Part shown: positions 48,935 through 58,900 of the stretch, piece by piece
Layout of the letters: every line of letters starts with the position of its first letter
Position numbering within the stretch: position 1 is the first letter of the stretch
Assembly (NCBI GenBank): GCA_002420005.1
Contig: DIHE01000157.1
Location: 18,296-82,295, forward strand
Length of the DNA stretch: 64,000 nucleotides
Source: Holophagales bacterium UBA5704
GTDB lineage: Bacteria; Acidobacteriota; Thermoanaerobaculia; Multivoradales; UBA5704
Reading direction: 5' to 3'
Program-made: the position numbers and the translations under genes
The notes under the pieces: model-generated
Told to the model about the DNA's origin: nothing
What the model saw: the letters and a program-made list of their open reading frames with translations, nothing else
Databases searched by the model: none

Positions 48935-49954
48935 ATGGATTGGAATCAAAAGAAAGTCCTGGTCACCGGGGGCGCGTCGTTCATCAGCTCCCACCTGATC
49001 GACCTGTTGGTGGCCAAAGGGGTCCGGGACGTCCGGGTGGTCGATGACCTGACGAGCGGCAAGCTCGCCAACATCCAGGGCCACATCGACGCCGGGGTGG
49101 TCGAATTCCGCCGCGAGGACCTGCTGGCCCCGGGGGCGGCCCAGAGGGCGGTCGAGGGCGTCCACGTCGTCTTCCACCTCGCCGCCATCCACGGCGGGCG
49201 CGGCTACGTCGACCTGCACCAGGCCGCCTGCGCGCAGAACCTGGCGATGGACGGGATGCTGATCAAGGCCGCCCACGAGGCCGGCGTCGAGAAGTTCGTC
49301 TTCGCCTCCTCCGGCTGCGTCTATCCCAACTTCCTCCAGGGTGACGTGACGAAGGAGCTGTACCTCACCGAGGAGATGGTCGGGCCGCCCTACGACGCCG
49401 ACAACATGTACGGCTGGGCGAAGCTGATGACCGAGATGACGCTCCAGGCCTACCACCGGGATTTCGGGCTCAAGGCGGCCTCCTGCCGGTTCTTCACCGT
49501 GTACGGCGAGCGCGGCGTCGAGAACCATGCGGTGATCGCGATGATCGCCCGCGCCTTCGTGCGCCAGAACCCGTTCGAGGTGTGGGGGGACGGCACCCAG
49601 ATCCGCAACTGGACCTACGTCGGCGACATCGTCTCCGGCATGGTGCTCTGCGCCGAGAAGATCGACGACGGCACCGCGGTCAACCTCGGCACCGAGGAGC
49701 GCACACGGGTGATCGACGCGGTGCACGAGGTGCTGCGCTACACCGGCCAGGAGGCCGAGATCAAGCTCCTCCCGCACATGCCCACCGGGCCGCTCAACCG
49801 GGTGGCGAGCAACCGCCTGGCGCGCGAGCTCCTGGGCTGGGAGCCGCAGATGAAGTTCATCGACGGCCTGCACCGCACCATCGACTGGTACTTCGCCTCG
49901 CGGCAGCGCGAGGTGGTGAGCGGCTACCTGCAGGAGATGCTCACCGAACGGTAG
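48935..49954 (+). CDS. NAD-dependent epimerase/dehydratase (extended SDR)
   Basis: VLVTGGASFISSHLIDLL (Rossmann fold) and YGWAKLMTE (YxxxK); 339 aa. Confidence 0.88.
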   Translation: MDWNQKKVLVTGGASFISSHLIDLLVAKGVRDVRVVDDLTSGKLANIQGHIDAGVVEFRREDLLAPGAAQRAVEGVHVVFHLAAIHGGRGYVDLHQAACAQNLAMDGMLIKAAHEAGVEKFVFASSGCVYPNFLQGDVTKELYLTEEMVGPPYDADNMYGWAKLMTEMTLQAYHRDFGLKAASCRFFTVYGERGVENHAVIAMIARAFVRQNPFEVWGDGTQIRNWTYVGDIVSGMVLCAEKIDDGTAVNLGTEERTRVIDAVHEVLRYTGQEAEIKLLPHMPTGPLNRVASNRLARELLGWEPQMKFIDGLHRTIDWYFASRQREVVSGYLQEMLTER

Positions 49955-49968
49955 GTGGGCCCGCGCCG

Positions 49969-51138
49969 ATGGGTGGACCCACCGCGGCGACGGCCGGCGG
50001 CACGGAGACGACGCATTTTCCGGGGCTCGACAGCCTCCGGTTCTACGCCGCCTTCTGCGTGCTGATCGGCCACATTCCGCTCAACCAGCAGAGCCGGGGC
50101 CTGCCCGATCCGCACAGCGGCGCCATCTTCTTCCGCGGCGCTCCGGCCGTCTCCTTCTTCTTCACCCTGAGCGGCTTCCTCATCACCTGGCTCCTGCTGC
50201 GCGAGATCCGCAAGACCGGCGGCGTGCGCGTGCGCAGCTTCTACCTGCGCCGCATCTGCCGCATCTGGCCGCTCTATTTCCTCATCGTCTTCTTCGGTCT
50301 CGCCTTCTACAACGTGCTCCTGCCCCGCCTCGGCATCGCCTATCCGGTCGAGTACGGCATCCCGTTCGCCCTGCTCCTCTACACCTTCCTCCTGCCCAAC
50401 CTGATGAACAGCCTGTACACCGTGGGCGGCATCCTGAACCCGCTCTGGTCGATCGGGGTGGAGGAACAGTTCTATCTCGCCTGGGCGCCCACGGTGAAGC
50501 GGTTCCACCGCGCCCTGCCGCGGATCTGCTGGGGAATCCTCGCGGTCTCGTTGACCGTGTTCTGCCTGAGCTCCCTGGGCTTCTTCGGCCGCGCGGCGAT
50601 GCAGAAATTCACCGGCCAGCTGGAGGTGCACTTCATGGCTGCGGGAGCGCTCGCCGCCTGGGCGCTCTTCCACCACCGCGAGCGGCTGCTCGCCCTGCCC
50701 GTCTTCGCCCACCGGGCGGTCCAGGTCCTCCTCGCGGCCCTGCTCCTCGACTACTACTTCACCACCTTCATCCGCTGGGGCTGGTTCGGCACCGAGATCG
50801 TCCAGCTCGTCCTCTACACCTGGCTCATCGTCAACGTCGCCGCCAACCCGCAGAACGTGCTGCCGGTCGAGAACCGGGTCACCGACTACCTGGGCACGAT
50901 CTCCTACGGCTTCTACATGGTCCATATGATCGCGGTGTACGCCACCTCGTACGCCTTCCTGCGCTGGCGCTGGTGGGAAGGCGGGTCGCTCGCGGTCTAC
51001 GTCCTCGCCTACTACGGCCTGGCGATCGGCCTCACGGTCGCGCTCGCCTCCGCCTCGTACTTCTTGTTCGAGAAGCCGTTCCTGCGCCTCAAGGACCGCC
51101 GCTTCACCGTCGTCGCGAGCGCGCCGGGGGCCGGGTGA
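49969..51138 (+). CDS. Acyltransferase family 3 membrane protein (O-acyltransferase)
   Basis: Internal ATG at 49969. FPGLDSLRFYAAFCVLIGH...FFFTLSGFLIT...RRICRIWPLYF, and multiple TM segments. Confidence 0.85.
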   Translation: MGGPTAATAGGTETTHFPGLDSLRFYAAFCVLIGHIPLNQQSRGLPDPHSGAIFFRGAPAVSFFFTLSGFLITWLLLREIRKTGGVRVRSFYLRRICRIWPLYFLIVFFGLAFYNVLLPRLGIAYPVEYGIPFALLLYTFLLPNLMNSLYTVGGILNPLWSIGVEEQFYLAWAPTVKRFHRALPRICWGILAVSLTVFCLSSLGFFGRAAMQKFTGQLEVHFMAAGALAAWALFHHRERLLALPVFAHRAVQVLLAALLLDYYFTTFIRWGWFGTEIVQLVLYTWLIVNVAANPQNVLPVENRVTDYLGTISYGFYMVHMIAVYATSYAFLRWRWWEGGSLAVYVLAYYGLAIGLTVALASASYFLFEKPFLRLKDRRFTVVASAPGAG

Positions 51139-52244
51139 GATCGCTCGTCTACCTGTGCGACTGGCTGCCGCCGGACTTCGGCGCCGTCGGCCAATACAGC
51201 CTCCTGTTCGCCCGCGAACGGGCCGCGGCGGGCGAGGACGTCGTGCTCGCCGGCCTCTCCTCCACCGCCGGCTCGATCGCCGAGGAAGCGGTCGGAAGCG
51301 GCCGGCTGCGCATCGTCCGCCTGCAGGCGCCGGTCTATGACAAGGCGGACTTCCGGCGCCGGGCCTGGTGGACGCTGCGCACCAACGGCGCCCTCCTCCT
51401 CGCCCTGCGCCGCGAGATCCGCCGCGCCGACGAGGTGCTGTTCACCGGCAGCCCGCCGTTTCTCATCCATCTGCTCGCGCCGCTCAATCTCCTGCTGCGC
51501 CGGCGCCTGACCTACCGGATCACCGATTTCCACCCCGAGTGCCTGATGGCGGAGCTGGAGCGGGTTCCGCTGCCCCTGCGCCTTTTCCACCGCTGGACCG
51601 TCTTCCTGCGCCGCCGGATCGACCGCTTCGAGGTGCTCGGGGAGGACCAGCGGGAGCGCCTCCTTGCCCTCGGCATCGAAGCCGGGCGGATCGTCCTCAA
51701 GCGCGATCCCTCGCCGGTCGCGATTCCGGCGGGCACCGAGCCCTTGCCGGTCCCCGAGGAGCTCGCCGGCCGCACCGTCCTCCTCTACTCCGGCAACTTC
51801 GGCGTCGCCCACGACCATGAGACCTTCGTCGAAGGCTACCGGCGCCACCACCGGGAAGGCTCCGGCCGCGTCGGGCTGTGGCTCAACGCCACCGGCGCCA
51901 AGGCCGACCGGGTGGAAGAGATCCTGCGGAGGGAGAACCTGCCGGTGCACCGCAGCCGGCCGGTCCCCCTGGAGCTGCTGCCGCGCCTGCTGGTGACTCC
52001 GCACGCCCACCTGATCACGCTGCGCGACGCCTTCGTCGGCTACGTGCTGCCGTCCAAGGTGCATGGCTGCATCCAGTCCGGCCGCACCGTCCTCTACGTG
52101 GGGAGCGACCGCTCCGACGTCCACCTTCTGTGCCGCCAGGGGCTCCCGCCCGGCCGCTACCACCGTGCCGCGGTGGGCGATCCGGCGGCGGTGGCCACGG
52201 CCCTGGAGGCTCTGGGGGCTTGCGCTTCGCCCGGTTTCGGCTAA
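51135..52244 (+). CDS. Glycosyltransferase (GT4, WcaI-like)
   Basis: GTG at 51135 overlaps the upstream TGA. VYLCDWLPPDFGAVGQYS...LLYSGNFGVAHD...VLPSKVHGCIQSGRTVLYVG. Confidence 0.7.
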   Translation: MRSLVYLCDWLPPDFGAVGQYSLLFARERAAAGEDVVLAGLSSTAGSIAEEAVGSGRLRIVRLQAPVYDKADFRRRAWWTLRTNGALLLALRREIRRADEVLFTGSPPFLIHLLAPLNLLLRRRLTYRITDFHPECLMAELERVPLPLRLFHRWTVFLRRRIDRFEVLGEDQRERLLALGIEAGRIVLKRDPSPVAIPAGTEPLPVPEELAGRTVLLYSGNFGVAHDHETFVEGYRRHHREGSGRVGLWLNATGAKADRVEEILRRENLPVHRSRPVPLELLPRLLVTPHAHLITLRDAFVGYVLPSKVHGCIQSGRTVLYVGSDRSDVHLLCRQGLPPGRYHRAAVGDPAAVATALEALGACASPGFG

Positions 52245-52259
52245 CATACACACAAGTCG

Positions 52260-53447
52260 ATGAACCACATCCTGTTGTATGCCCTGGGCGCGGCCGTGGT
52301 CGCGGCCTTGCTGACCAGCCTGCTGGTGCCGCCGGTCACCCGTCTGGCCATCGCTCTGCGGGCGCTCGACCATCCGGACGCCCGCAAGCTGCAAGAGACC
52401 GCCGTGCCCCGGCTGGGCGGCGTGGCCATCTCGGTGGGCCTCGCCTTGGGCGCCGGCATCGCGGGGGTTTCCCGCTGGGGGCAGTGGGATACGCTCCAGC
52501 GCGGCGAGATGCTGGTGCTCGTCCTGGCGACCGGCCTCGTCTTTCTCGTCGGTGTCGCCGACGACCTGACCGGCGTCTCGGTGGCCAAGAAGTTTCTCTG
52601 CCAGATTCTCGCCGCCTGGCTGCTCATCGAAATGGGCTGGTCGTTCGAGGTCCTGCGGCTGCCGCTGGTGGGCGAGATCCAGCTCGGCTGGCTCGGCCCG
52701 GCGCTGTCACTGGTCTGGATCGTCGGAGTCACCAACGCGGTCAATCTGATCGACGGCCTCGACGGCCTGGCGAGCGGCATCGTGGCGATCATCGCGACCA
52801 GCGTGCTCGCCTATTCCGTCGTCCAGGGCAACGCGGGCACCGTCCTGTTGATGGCCGCGACCGCCGGCTCCTGCCTCGGCTTCCTGCGCCACAACTGGCA
52901 GCCGGCGAAGATCTTCATGGGGGACTCCGGCTCGCTGACCCTGGGGTTTCTGCTGGCGGCGGCCACCGTCCACTCGTCGCTCAAGGCGCCCGCGGCGGTG
53001 GCGATCCTGGTGCCCCTCCTGGCGCTCGGCCTGCCGGTCATCGACACCCTGCTGGTGATGACCGTGCGTTTCCTCGACCGCCCGCACAGTCCGCTCGGCG
53101 AGCGCTTCCTGCGCATGTTCCACGCCGACCGGCAGCACCTGCACCACCTGCTCGCCCATTTCGGCGGCGGGAGCAAGCCGACCGTCAAGGTTCTCTACCT
53201 GGTGGCGGTCAGCTTCTGCGCCATGGCGCTGCTGGTGGCCTTCACCGGGGAAACGGCCCTGGGGGTCGCCCTCGTGGTCCTGGAGTTCGCCGTCGTCTTC
53301 ACCATGCGCCGCCTGGGGATGTCCCGCTCCGCCCAGAACCTGGTTGCGACACAGCGTGAAGGACTGCGGGCCGGGGCTCGCAGCGACGGCGACGGCGAGC
53401 CGCCGGCCGACGAGCGCAACGTGCTGCCGTTCATCCGCCGCCCGTAG
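52260..53447 (+). CDS. Polyprenyl-phosphate N-acetylhexosamine-1-phosphate transferase (MraY/WecA family)
   Basis: PRLGGVAI...VGVADD...VTNAVNLIDGLDGLASG...FMGDSGSLTLGF, and about 10-11 TM segments. Confidence 0.9.
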   Translation: MNHILLYALGAAVVAALLTSLLVPPVTRLAIALRALDHPDARKLQETAVPRLGGVAISVGLALGAGIAGVSRWGQWDTLQRGEMLVLVLATGLVFLVGVADDLTGVSVAKKFLCQILAAWLLIEMGWSFEVLRLPLVGEIQLGWLGPALSLVWIVGVTNAVNLIDGLDGLASGIVAIIATSVLAYSVVQGNAGTVLLMAATAGSCLGFLRHNWQPAKIFMGDSGSLTLGFLLAAATVHSSLKAPAAVAILVPLLALGLPVIDTLLVMTVRFLDRPHSPLGERFLRMFHADRQHLHHLLAHFGGGSKPTVKVLYLVAVSFCAMALLVAFTGETALGVALVVLEFAVVFTMRRLGMSRSAQNLVATQREGLRAGARSDGDGEPPADERNVLPFIRRP

Positions 53448-53491
53448 TACGTCCGGGTTTTCCCGGAGCCGGTCACGGTCATAATGGTGCC

Positions 53492-55087
53492 ATGCCGACC
53501 GGAACCTCACCGCCCTCAGGCCGCTCGTACCATCAACTGCTGCATGCCATGAACGAGATCCTCGCCGTCCTGTCGAGCGACGGCGACCCGGAGGCGGCCC
53601 TGTGCGCCTCCTTCACGGCGGCCTCCCAGGGGTTCGGTGCCCAGAAGGCCCTGCTTCTTCGGGTGGAAGAGCAGGCGCCGCTGCGGCTGCGTGCCATCCA
53701 TACCCACGGCAAGCTCGCGCCGGAGCAGGTGCGGGCCTGCGAGCGGGGGGAGTCGGTGCGCGGGGTGAGCCCGTCGGTCATCTACCGGGTGATCGAGACC
53801 GGCGTACCGGAGCTGATCGAAGATCCGCGGCTGCACGCCGATGCGTCCCGCACTCCGTCCCTCGAAGGCTTCCACTTCAGCGTGCTCTGTGCGCCGATCC
53901 GCGATCCCCTGCGCGACGCGGTGCTCGCGGTGATCTACCTGCAGAACAGTGGATTGCTCGAAGCCTATGGCGAGGACGACCGGGCCTGGCTCGCGGCCTA
54001 TGCCACCGCGGTGGGGCGCGTCTTCGGGTTCCACTTCCGCCAGGAACGCCAGGAGCGCGAGCTGCGCGACCGTCTCGAAGCCGCAGCGGCGCAGGACGAC
54101 GCGCCGGAGATCCTGGGCGACTCCGCCCATACCCAGGCCCTGCGCCGCGCCCTGCACGCCACCTTCCTCCCCGCGCTCGACGTCGAGCATCCCGAGCCGA
54201 TCCTGCTCCTCGGCGAACGCGGCACCGGCAAGGACCTGATCGCCCGCTATCTCCACGCCTTCAGCGCCCGGCACAAAAAACCCCTGGTCGTCGTCAACTG
54301 TGCCGAGATCACCGACGAGCTCGCCGCCGCCCGCTTCTTCGGCCACAAGAAGGGCTCGTTCACCGGTGCTCTCTCGGATGAGCCCGGCTTCTTTCGCGCC
54401 GCGCATGGCGGCGTGCTCTTCCTGGACGAGATCGGCGAGCTCTCCCTGCGCGCCCAGGCGCATCTGCTCCGCGTGCTCGAAAACCACACCGTCGTGCCGG
54501 TGGGGCAGACGCGCGAGCACCCGGTCGACGTGGCGGTGCTGCTCGCCACCAACCACGATCTCCCGGAAGCAGTGCAGGCCGGCACCCTGCGGGCGGACTT
54601 CCATGACCGCTTCCGCACCCTCGCCATCCACCTCAGCCCGCTGCGCGAGCGGCCGGCGGACATCCCGATTCTCCTGGAGCACTTCCGCCGCCATCACGAG
54701 CGCAAGCACAAGAAGCGGACCCTCGGCTTCACCCCGGAAGCCCTGCGCGCCCTCACCTCCGCCGCCTGGCCCGGCAACGTGCGGGACCTGGCGCGGGCCT
54801 GCGCCCTCTTCGTGATCCACGCCCAGGCGGGAGCCCCGATCGACCTCGCGCTCCTCGAACGCTGCCTGCCGGAGGTCCTCCAGGGAACGCCCAACCCCAA
54901 AGCCGGCCCGCTCCTCTGGGACGGCGTCTCGCTGCGCGACGCCGTCCGCGGCTTCGAGCGCGAGCTGATCCTCGCCCGCCTCGAGCGCCACGGCGGCAGC
55001 CTCAAAGGGGCGAGGGAGAGCCTGGGGGTCAGCAAGGCGACGTTCTTCCGGTATCTGCGGGGGCTGGGGATCGGCGGAGGCGATTGA
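53492..55087 (+). CDS. Sigma-54-dependent transcriptional activator (GAF - AAA+ - Fis-type HTH)
   Basis: Walker A GERGTGKDLIARYLH, sigma-54 contact loop variant KKGSFTGAL, Walker B GGVLFLDEIGEL, FHDRFRTLAIHLSPLRERPADI, and C-terminal HTH ESLGVSKATFFRYLRGLG. The N-terminal ~170 aa is GAF-like. Confidence 0.9.
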   Translation: MPTGTSPPSGRSYHQLLHAMNEILAVLSSDGDPEAALCASFTAASQGFGAQKALLLRVEEQAPLRLRAIHTHGKLAPEQVRACERGESVRGVSPSVIYRVIETGVPELIEDPRLHADASRTPSLEGFHFSVLCAPIRDPLRDAVLAVIYLQNSGLLEAYGEDDRAWLAAYATAVGRVFGFHFRQERQERELRDRLEAAAAQDDAPEILGDSAHTQALRRALHATFLPALDVEHPEPILLLGERGTGKDLIARYLHAFSARHKKPLVVVNCAEITDELAAARFFGHKKGSFTGALSDEPGFFRAAHGGVLFLDEIGELSLRAQAHLLRVLENHTVVPVGQTREHPVDVAVLLATNHDLPEAVQAGTLRADFHDRFRTLAIHLSPLRERPADIPILLEHFRRHHERKHKKRTLGFTPEALRALTSAAWPGNVRDLARACALFVIHAQAGAPIDLALLERCLPEVLQGTPNPKAGPLLWDGVSLRDAVRGFERELILARLERHGGSLKGARESLGVSKATFFRYLRGLGIGGGD

Positions 55088-55237
55088 CGCCCCCTTTCCT
55101 TTCGAGCGCGCTGTACCACCACCCGGTCTCAAACCTGAGCCCTGCACACCTCGCGGCAGGCTCAATCCTGAACCTTGCGTGGCGGGTGTCTCACCGTAAG
55201 CTCTTTTGAATCTGCGCCTTTGTGCCTTCCGTTCGAC

Positions 55238-55252
55238 GGGCGCGCGGTTTGC
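55238..55252 (+). promoter_or_regulatory. Candidate sigma-54 (-24/-12) promoter
   Basis: gGGCGC-gcggt-TTGC, with GG at 55239-55240 and GC at 55251-55252 (canonical spacing). It lies ~75 nt upstream of ATG 55328 and downstream of the adjacent enhancer-binding protein gene. Confidence 0.35.
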
Positions 55253-55327
55253 CTCTTCCCTCCGAGGTGACCGAGCAGCTCTCCGTTCGCACCGTCGCGA
55301 TTCGGAGGTTCCAGAAAGGATCAACGT

Positions 55328-55867
55328 ATGAGGCACGTCAGTTGGAAAGCCGCCTTGGCCTTCGCCCTCGCCATGGCCATCCTCCCGGCCGTCGCAGCGG
55401 CCCAATCGAGCTGTACCGGATGCACCATCACCGGCACCGCCGGAAACGACATCATCTATGGCACGGCCGGCGCCGACACCATCTGCGCCCTCGGCGGAGA
55501 CGATACGGTCTACGGCCTGGGCGGAGACGACCACCTCTGCGGCTACACCGGGAATGATCAGCTGTACGGCGGGTCCGAGGCCGACTTGTGCGAAGGCCAT
55601 GAGGGGGTCGACTATCTGGTCGGCGACACGGAGAATGACCAACTCATCGGTTGGCGGGACGGAGACACTCTTGACGGCTGGACCGGCAACGACGATCTCT
55701 TCGGCTCCCGCAACAACGATTTCCTCCTGGGCTACAGTGGCAACGACAACCTTTATGGAGAGAACGACAACGACACGCTCGACGGCGAGGCCGGCACCGA
55801 CTACCTGGACGGGGGAGCCGGGACGGACTCTTGTGTCAATGGCGAGACGTACGTGAGTTGCCCCTGA
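55328..55867 (+). CDS. Small secreted calcium-binding repeat protein (RTX/hemolysin-type GGxGxD-like repeats)
   Basis: Signal peptide MRHVSWKAALAFALAMAILPAVAAAQS. Then about 12 tandem 9-residue-type units (GTAGNDIIYGTAGADTICALGGDDTVYGLGGDDHLCGYTGNDQLYGG...). 8 Cys. Confidence 0.75.
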   Translation: MRHVSWKAALAFALAMAILPAVAAAQSSCTGCTITGTAGNDIIYGTAGADTICALGGDDTVYGLGGDDHLCGYTGNDQLYGGSEADLCEGHEGVDYLVGDTENDQLIGWRDGDTLDGWTGNDDLFGSRNNDFLLGYSGNDNLYGENDNDTLDGEAGTDYLDGGAGTDSCVNGETYVSCP

Positions 55868-55950
55868 CTCCGGGCTCTCCCCCGACACGCGAGGGCGCGA
55901 GGGGGAGGGTTCCCCTTTTTCAAAACCCTACGGAACGGGAGGATCGCGTC

Positions 55951-58900
55951 ATGCCCCGGAGTCGGCTTCTTCTCGCCGAGCTGTTGCTTCTCTTTACCTT
56001 GGAGATTCGGGCCGAGGAAGTGGCGGTCACCGCCGCCGGAACGGTTCGAAACCCGGCCGGCCGGCCGCTGGCAGGGGCCGAGGTGGAGCTCCAACGGATC
56101 TCCACCGGCTACGAAGCCGGCATCCGGCTGCTCGACCGTATGGCCGATCCGGCACCGGCAGCCCGGAGCCTCACCGACCGCCAGGGCCGCTTTACACTGA
56201 GCGGTCAAGAGCGGGGCCTGTATCGCGTGGTGGTCCGCGCACCGGGTCTCGTGGCGATGGAGATGGCGCCGCTCGCCCTGGTCGAGCCGGTCGAGCTGGA
56301 ACCGCTGGAGCTGTCTCCAGACGCCGGTCTGACCGTACGCGTCGCCGACGCCGAAGGCCGGCCCCTTCCGGGGCTCTGGGTCTTCGCCTCCGCCGAGCAG
56401 GAGGCCGGGCACGCCGGTGGCTGGCGCGTCGCGCCCCGCAAAAGCCTCACCGATCCGGCAGGCACGGCTCGGCTCCCGTTACGCGCAGGAGAAAGCCTCA
56501 GAGTGTCCGTGTTCGCCGCCGACTTTGCCGAGATCGTGCGTTCCGGAGTCCAAGCCGATCTGTCGGTCGAGCTGGGACCCGCCGGACGCGGACGGGAAGC
56601 CCTCCTCCGTGCCGTCGATTCCGCCGGGCAGCCGATCGAGGGCGCCCTCGTGCGGGTCGGCGCTCTCGCCTGGCCCGTCGGACGAACCGATACCCGAGGC
56701 GGTGTCCGCTTCCGCGTCCCTGCCGGGGCCTCGACAAAGCTTCGCGTCTCCACCTCGGACGGCCGCGGCGCTGTCCTCGATCTCGCCAGCGGAGCTTCAG
56801 AGGCCGAGATCCGCCTGCCGGCGGAGCCGCTCCTCCTGACCGGCCGGGTCCGCGATGCGGTCACACGGGAGCCCCTCGCGGGTGCGCTCGTCTGGTCCGC
56901 AGCCGAGCCGGGCGCCGCCTTGCTGACAAGAGGAGATGGCTCCTATCGGCTCCTGGCCCCCGATCGCCTCGCTTTGGCGCTGCGCGTAGAGGCTGCTGGC
57001 CACCTGGGCCTTTCTGCGCGAGTGGCCGAGGCAGAGATCCGCACCCGCCGCCTGCCGGCCGTCGCCCTCCTCCCCACGGTTCCAGTACCAGGCAGTGTCG
57101 TGAATGCCGACGGTCAGCCGTTGGCCGGTGCTCTGGTCGAGGCTCTGGCCCTTGGCAATACCGAAGCCTCTCTCGCAGAATGGCGGCGGAGCTCCCCACA
57201 GGGGCGTTTCGAGCTGCGCCGCCTGGCCGGCGGCAGATTCTACGAGATCCGCGCCACCCATCCGGGTTTCCTTTCGGCCCACCTGGAGATGTCCACTCCG
57301 GAGACTGCGCGGCTCCTGCCTCCTCTTCGCCTGGTGCTCGTTCCGGCCCGGCCGGCCAAGGGAAGCGTGATCGACGACAAGGGCCAGCCCCTCGCGGGCG
57401 TCCGCGTCGTCGTCCGCCGCGCAGCCGGAGCCGGCGTGCGGGACCCCTTCCAGCTCCCGGCCGCCTGGGAGCGCGGCGTGAATGAAGCCACGACCGATGC
57501 CCGTGGCCGGTTCACACTCGCCGAGCCACCCGCGGCCGAGGTCGACCTGCTGGCGGTACACCCGGGGTTCGTTCCGACGCTGCAGCGCCGTCGTCAGATG
57601 CCGCCCGGGACAGCTCCCTGGGAGCTTGGAAAGATCGTTCTGCGGCCGGGCGTCACGCTTTCCGGCCGGGTCGTCGACGCGGCGAACCGGCCCGTGGAAG
57701 GAGCCGGGATCCACCGGCTCACGGAAGTGGTGCCGGTCGAGCGCCTGGAGACCGTCCTCCGCCGCGAAGAGCCGGCGACGAAGAGCGGAGCGGACGGCCG
57801 CTTCACTCTGAGCGACTTGCCCGCCGGCAAGCCGGTCCACCTCGCCGTCGCCGCGGAGAGCTACCTGCCGGCCGCGGTCCAAGGCCTCCGCCCGCCGGTC
57901 GATCATCCGGTCATCCGCCTGCAAACAGGCTCCCGTGTGGCCGGCCGGGTGCTGGACGCAACCGGAGACCCGGTCGCCGGGGCCAAGGTGCGGCTCACCT
58001 GGCAAGGCACGGTGGGGGGGCTTCCCGCCGGGGGCGCCGTCTACCGGGACACCGGCACCGACTCCGCAGGACACTTCGAGATCCGGGATTCGCCGGCAGG
58101 CACGGTCCAGATCGCCGCAAGCGCCCCTGGCTTTGTCGAGTCTTCCCCTGTCGAATGGACGGTCCCGGCTCCACCCGGAACCGAGCTCGCGATCCGCCTC
58201 CGGCGTGGCCTCGCCCTGCAAGGACTGATCAGGACGACCGACGGAGAGCCGGTCGCGGGCGCCCGGGTGACGGTCGGCAATGCCGGTGGCAGGTCCGATG
58301 CGGAGGGCTTCTATCATCTTGAGGGTGCGAAGCCCGGATCGGTCTTGGCCGAGCTGTTCCATCCCGCCTACGGGCGGCAGCAGCGCCGGGTCACCTTGGA
58401 GACCGAAACCACGACTCTGGATTTCGAGCTTGAAGCAGGGCGGCGGATCTCCGGGCGCGTCGTCGATGAGGACGGCCGCCCCGTCTCGGCAGCGCAGGTG
58501 ACCCTGGAGACGCCGCAGCGGAACCGGTCCTACCGTATCTACCAGGTCTGGAGCGCCCTTGATGGCCGCTTCGAGATCTCTTCGGTCGCTCCCGGCGAGT
58601 ACCAGGCCGGCGCCGAAGCCGAGGGTTTCGCGCCAGCGCCCGCCAGTCCCCTGCTCATGGGAGAGAGCGAGATCGAGGACCTCGAGCTGGTTCTCGGCCG
58701 GAGCGGTTCGGTGGTCGGGCAGATCCTGGGCCTGGACCCCGAGCAGCTCGCACGGGTCCAGGTCGCGGCGGACGACGACCGGATGGGCCGCCCCGGCCAG
58801 ATCGACGCGCAGGGGCGCTTCGCGATTCGCGACCTGCCCGCCAGCACCTGGGAGCTGACCGCCCGGCTCTCCGGCGAACAACGCCAGGTCCAGGCTCGGG

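Noticed and set aside
55088-55237. Other sigma-54-like or upstream activator sequences in the spacer after the activator gene (e.g. TGGCGG-gtgtc-TCAC, AGGCTCAATCCTGAACCTTGC)
   Set aside because: The GG-to-GC spacing or the -12 element does not fit the TGGCAC-N5-TTGC consensus. Only the 55238-55252 site has the canonical spacing.
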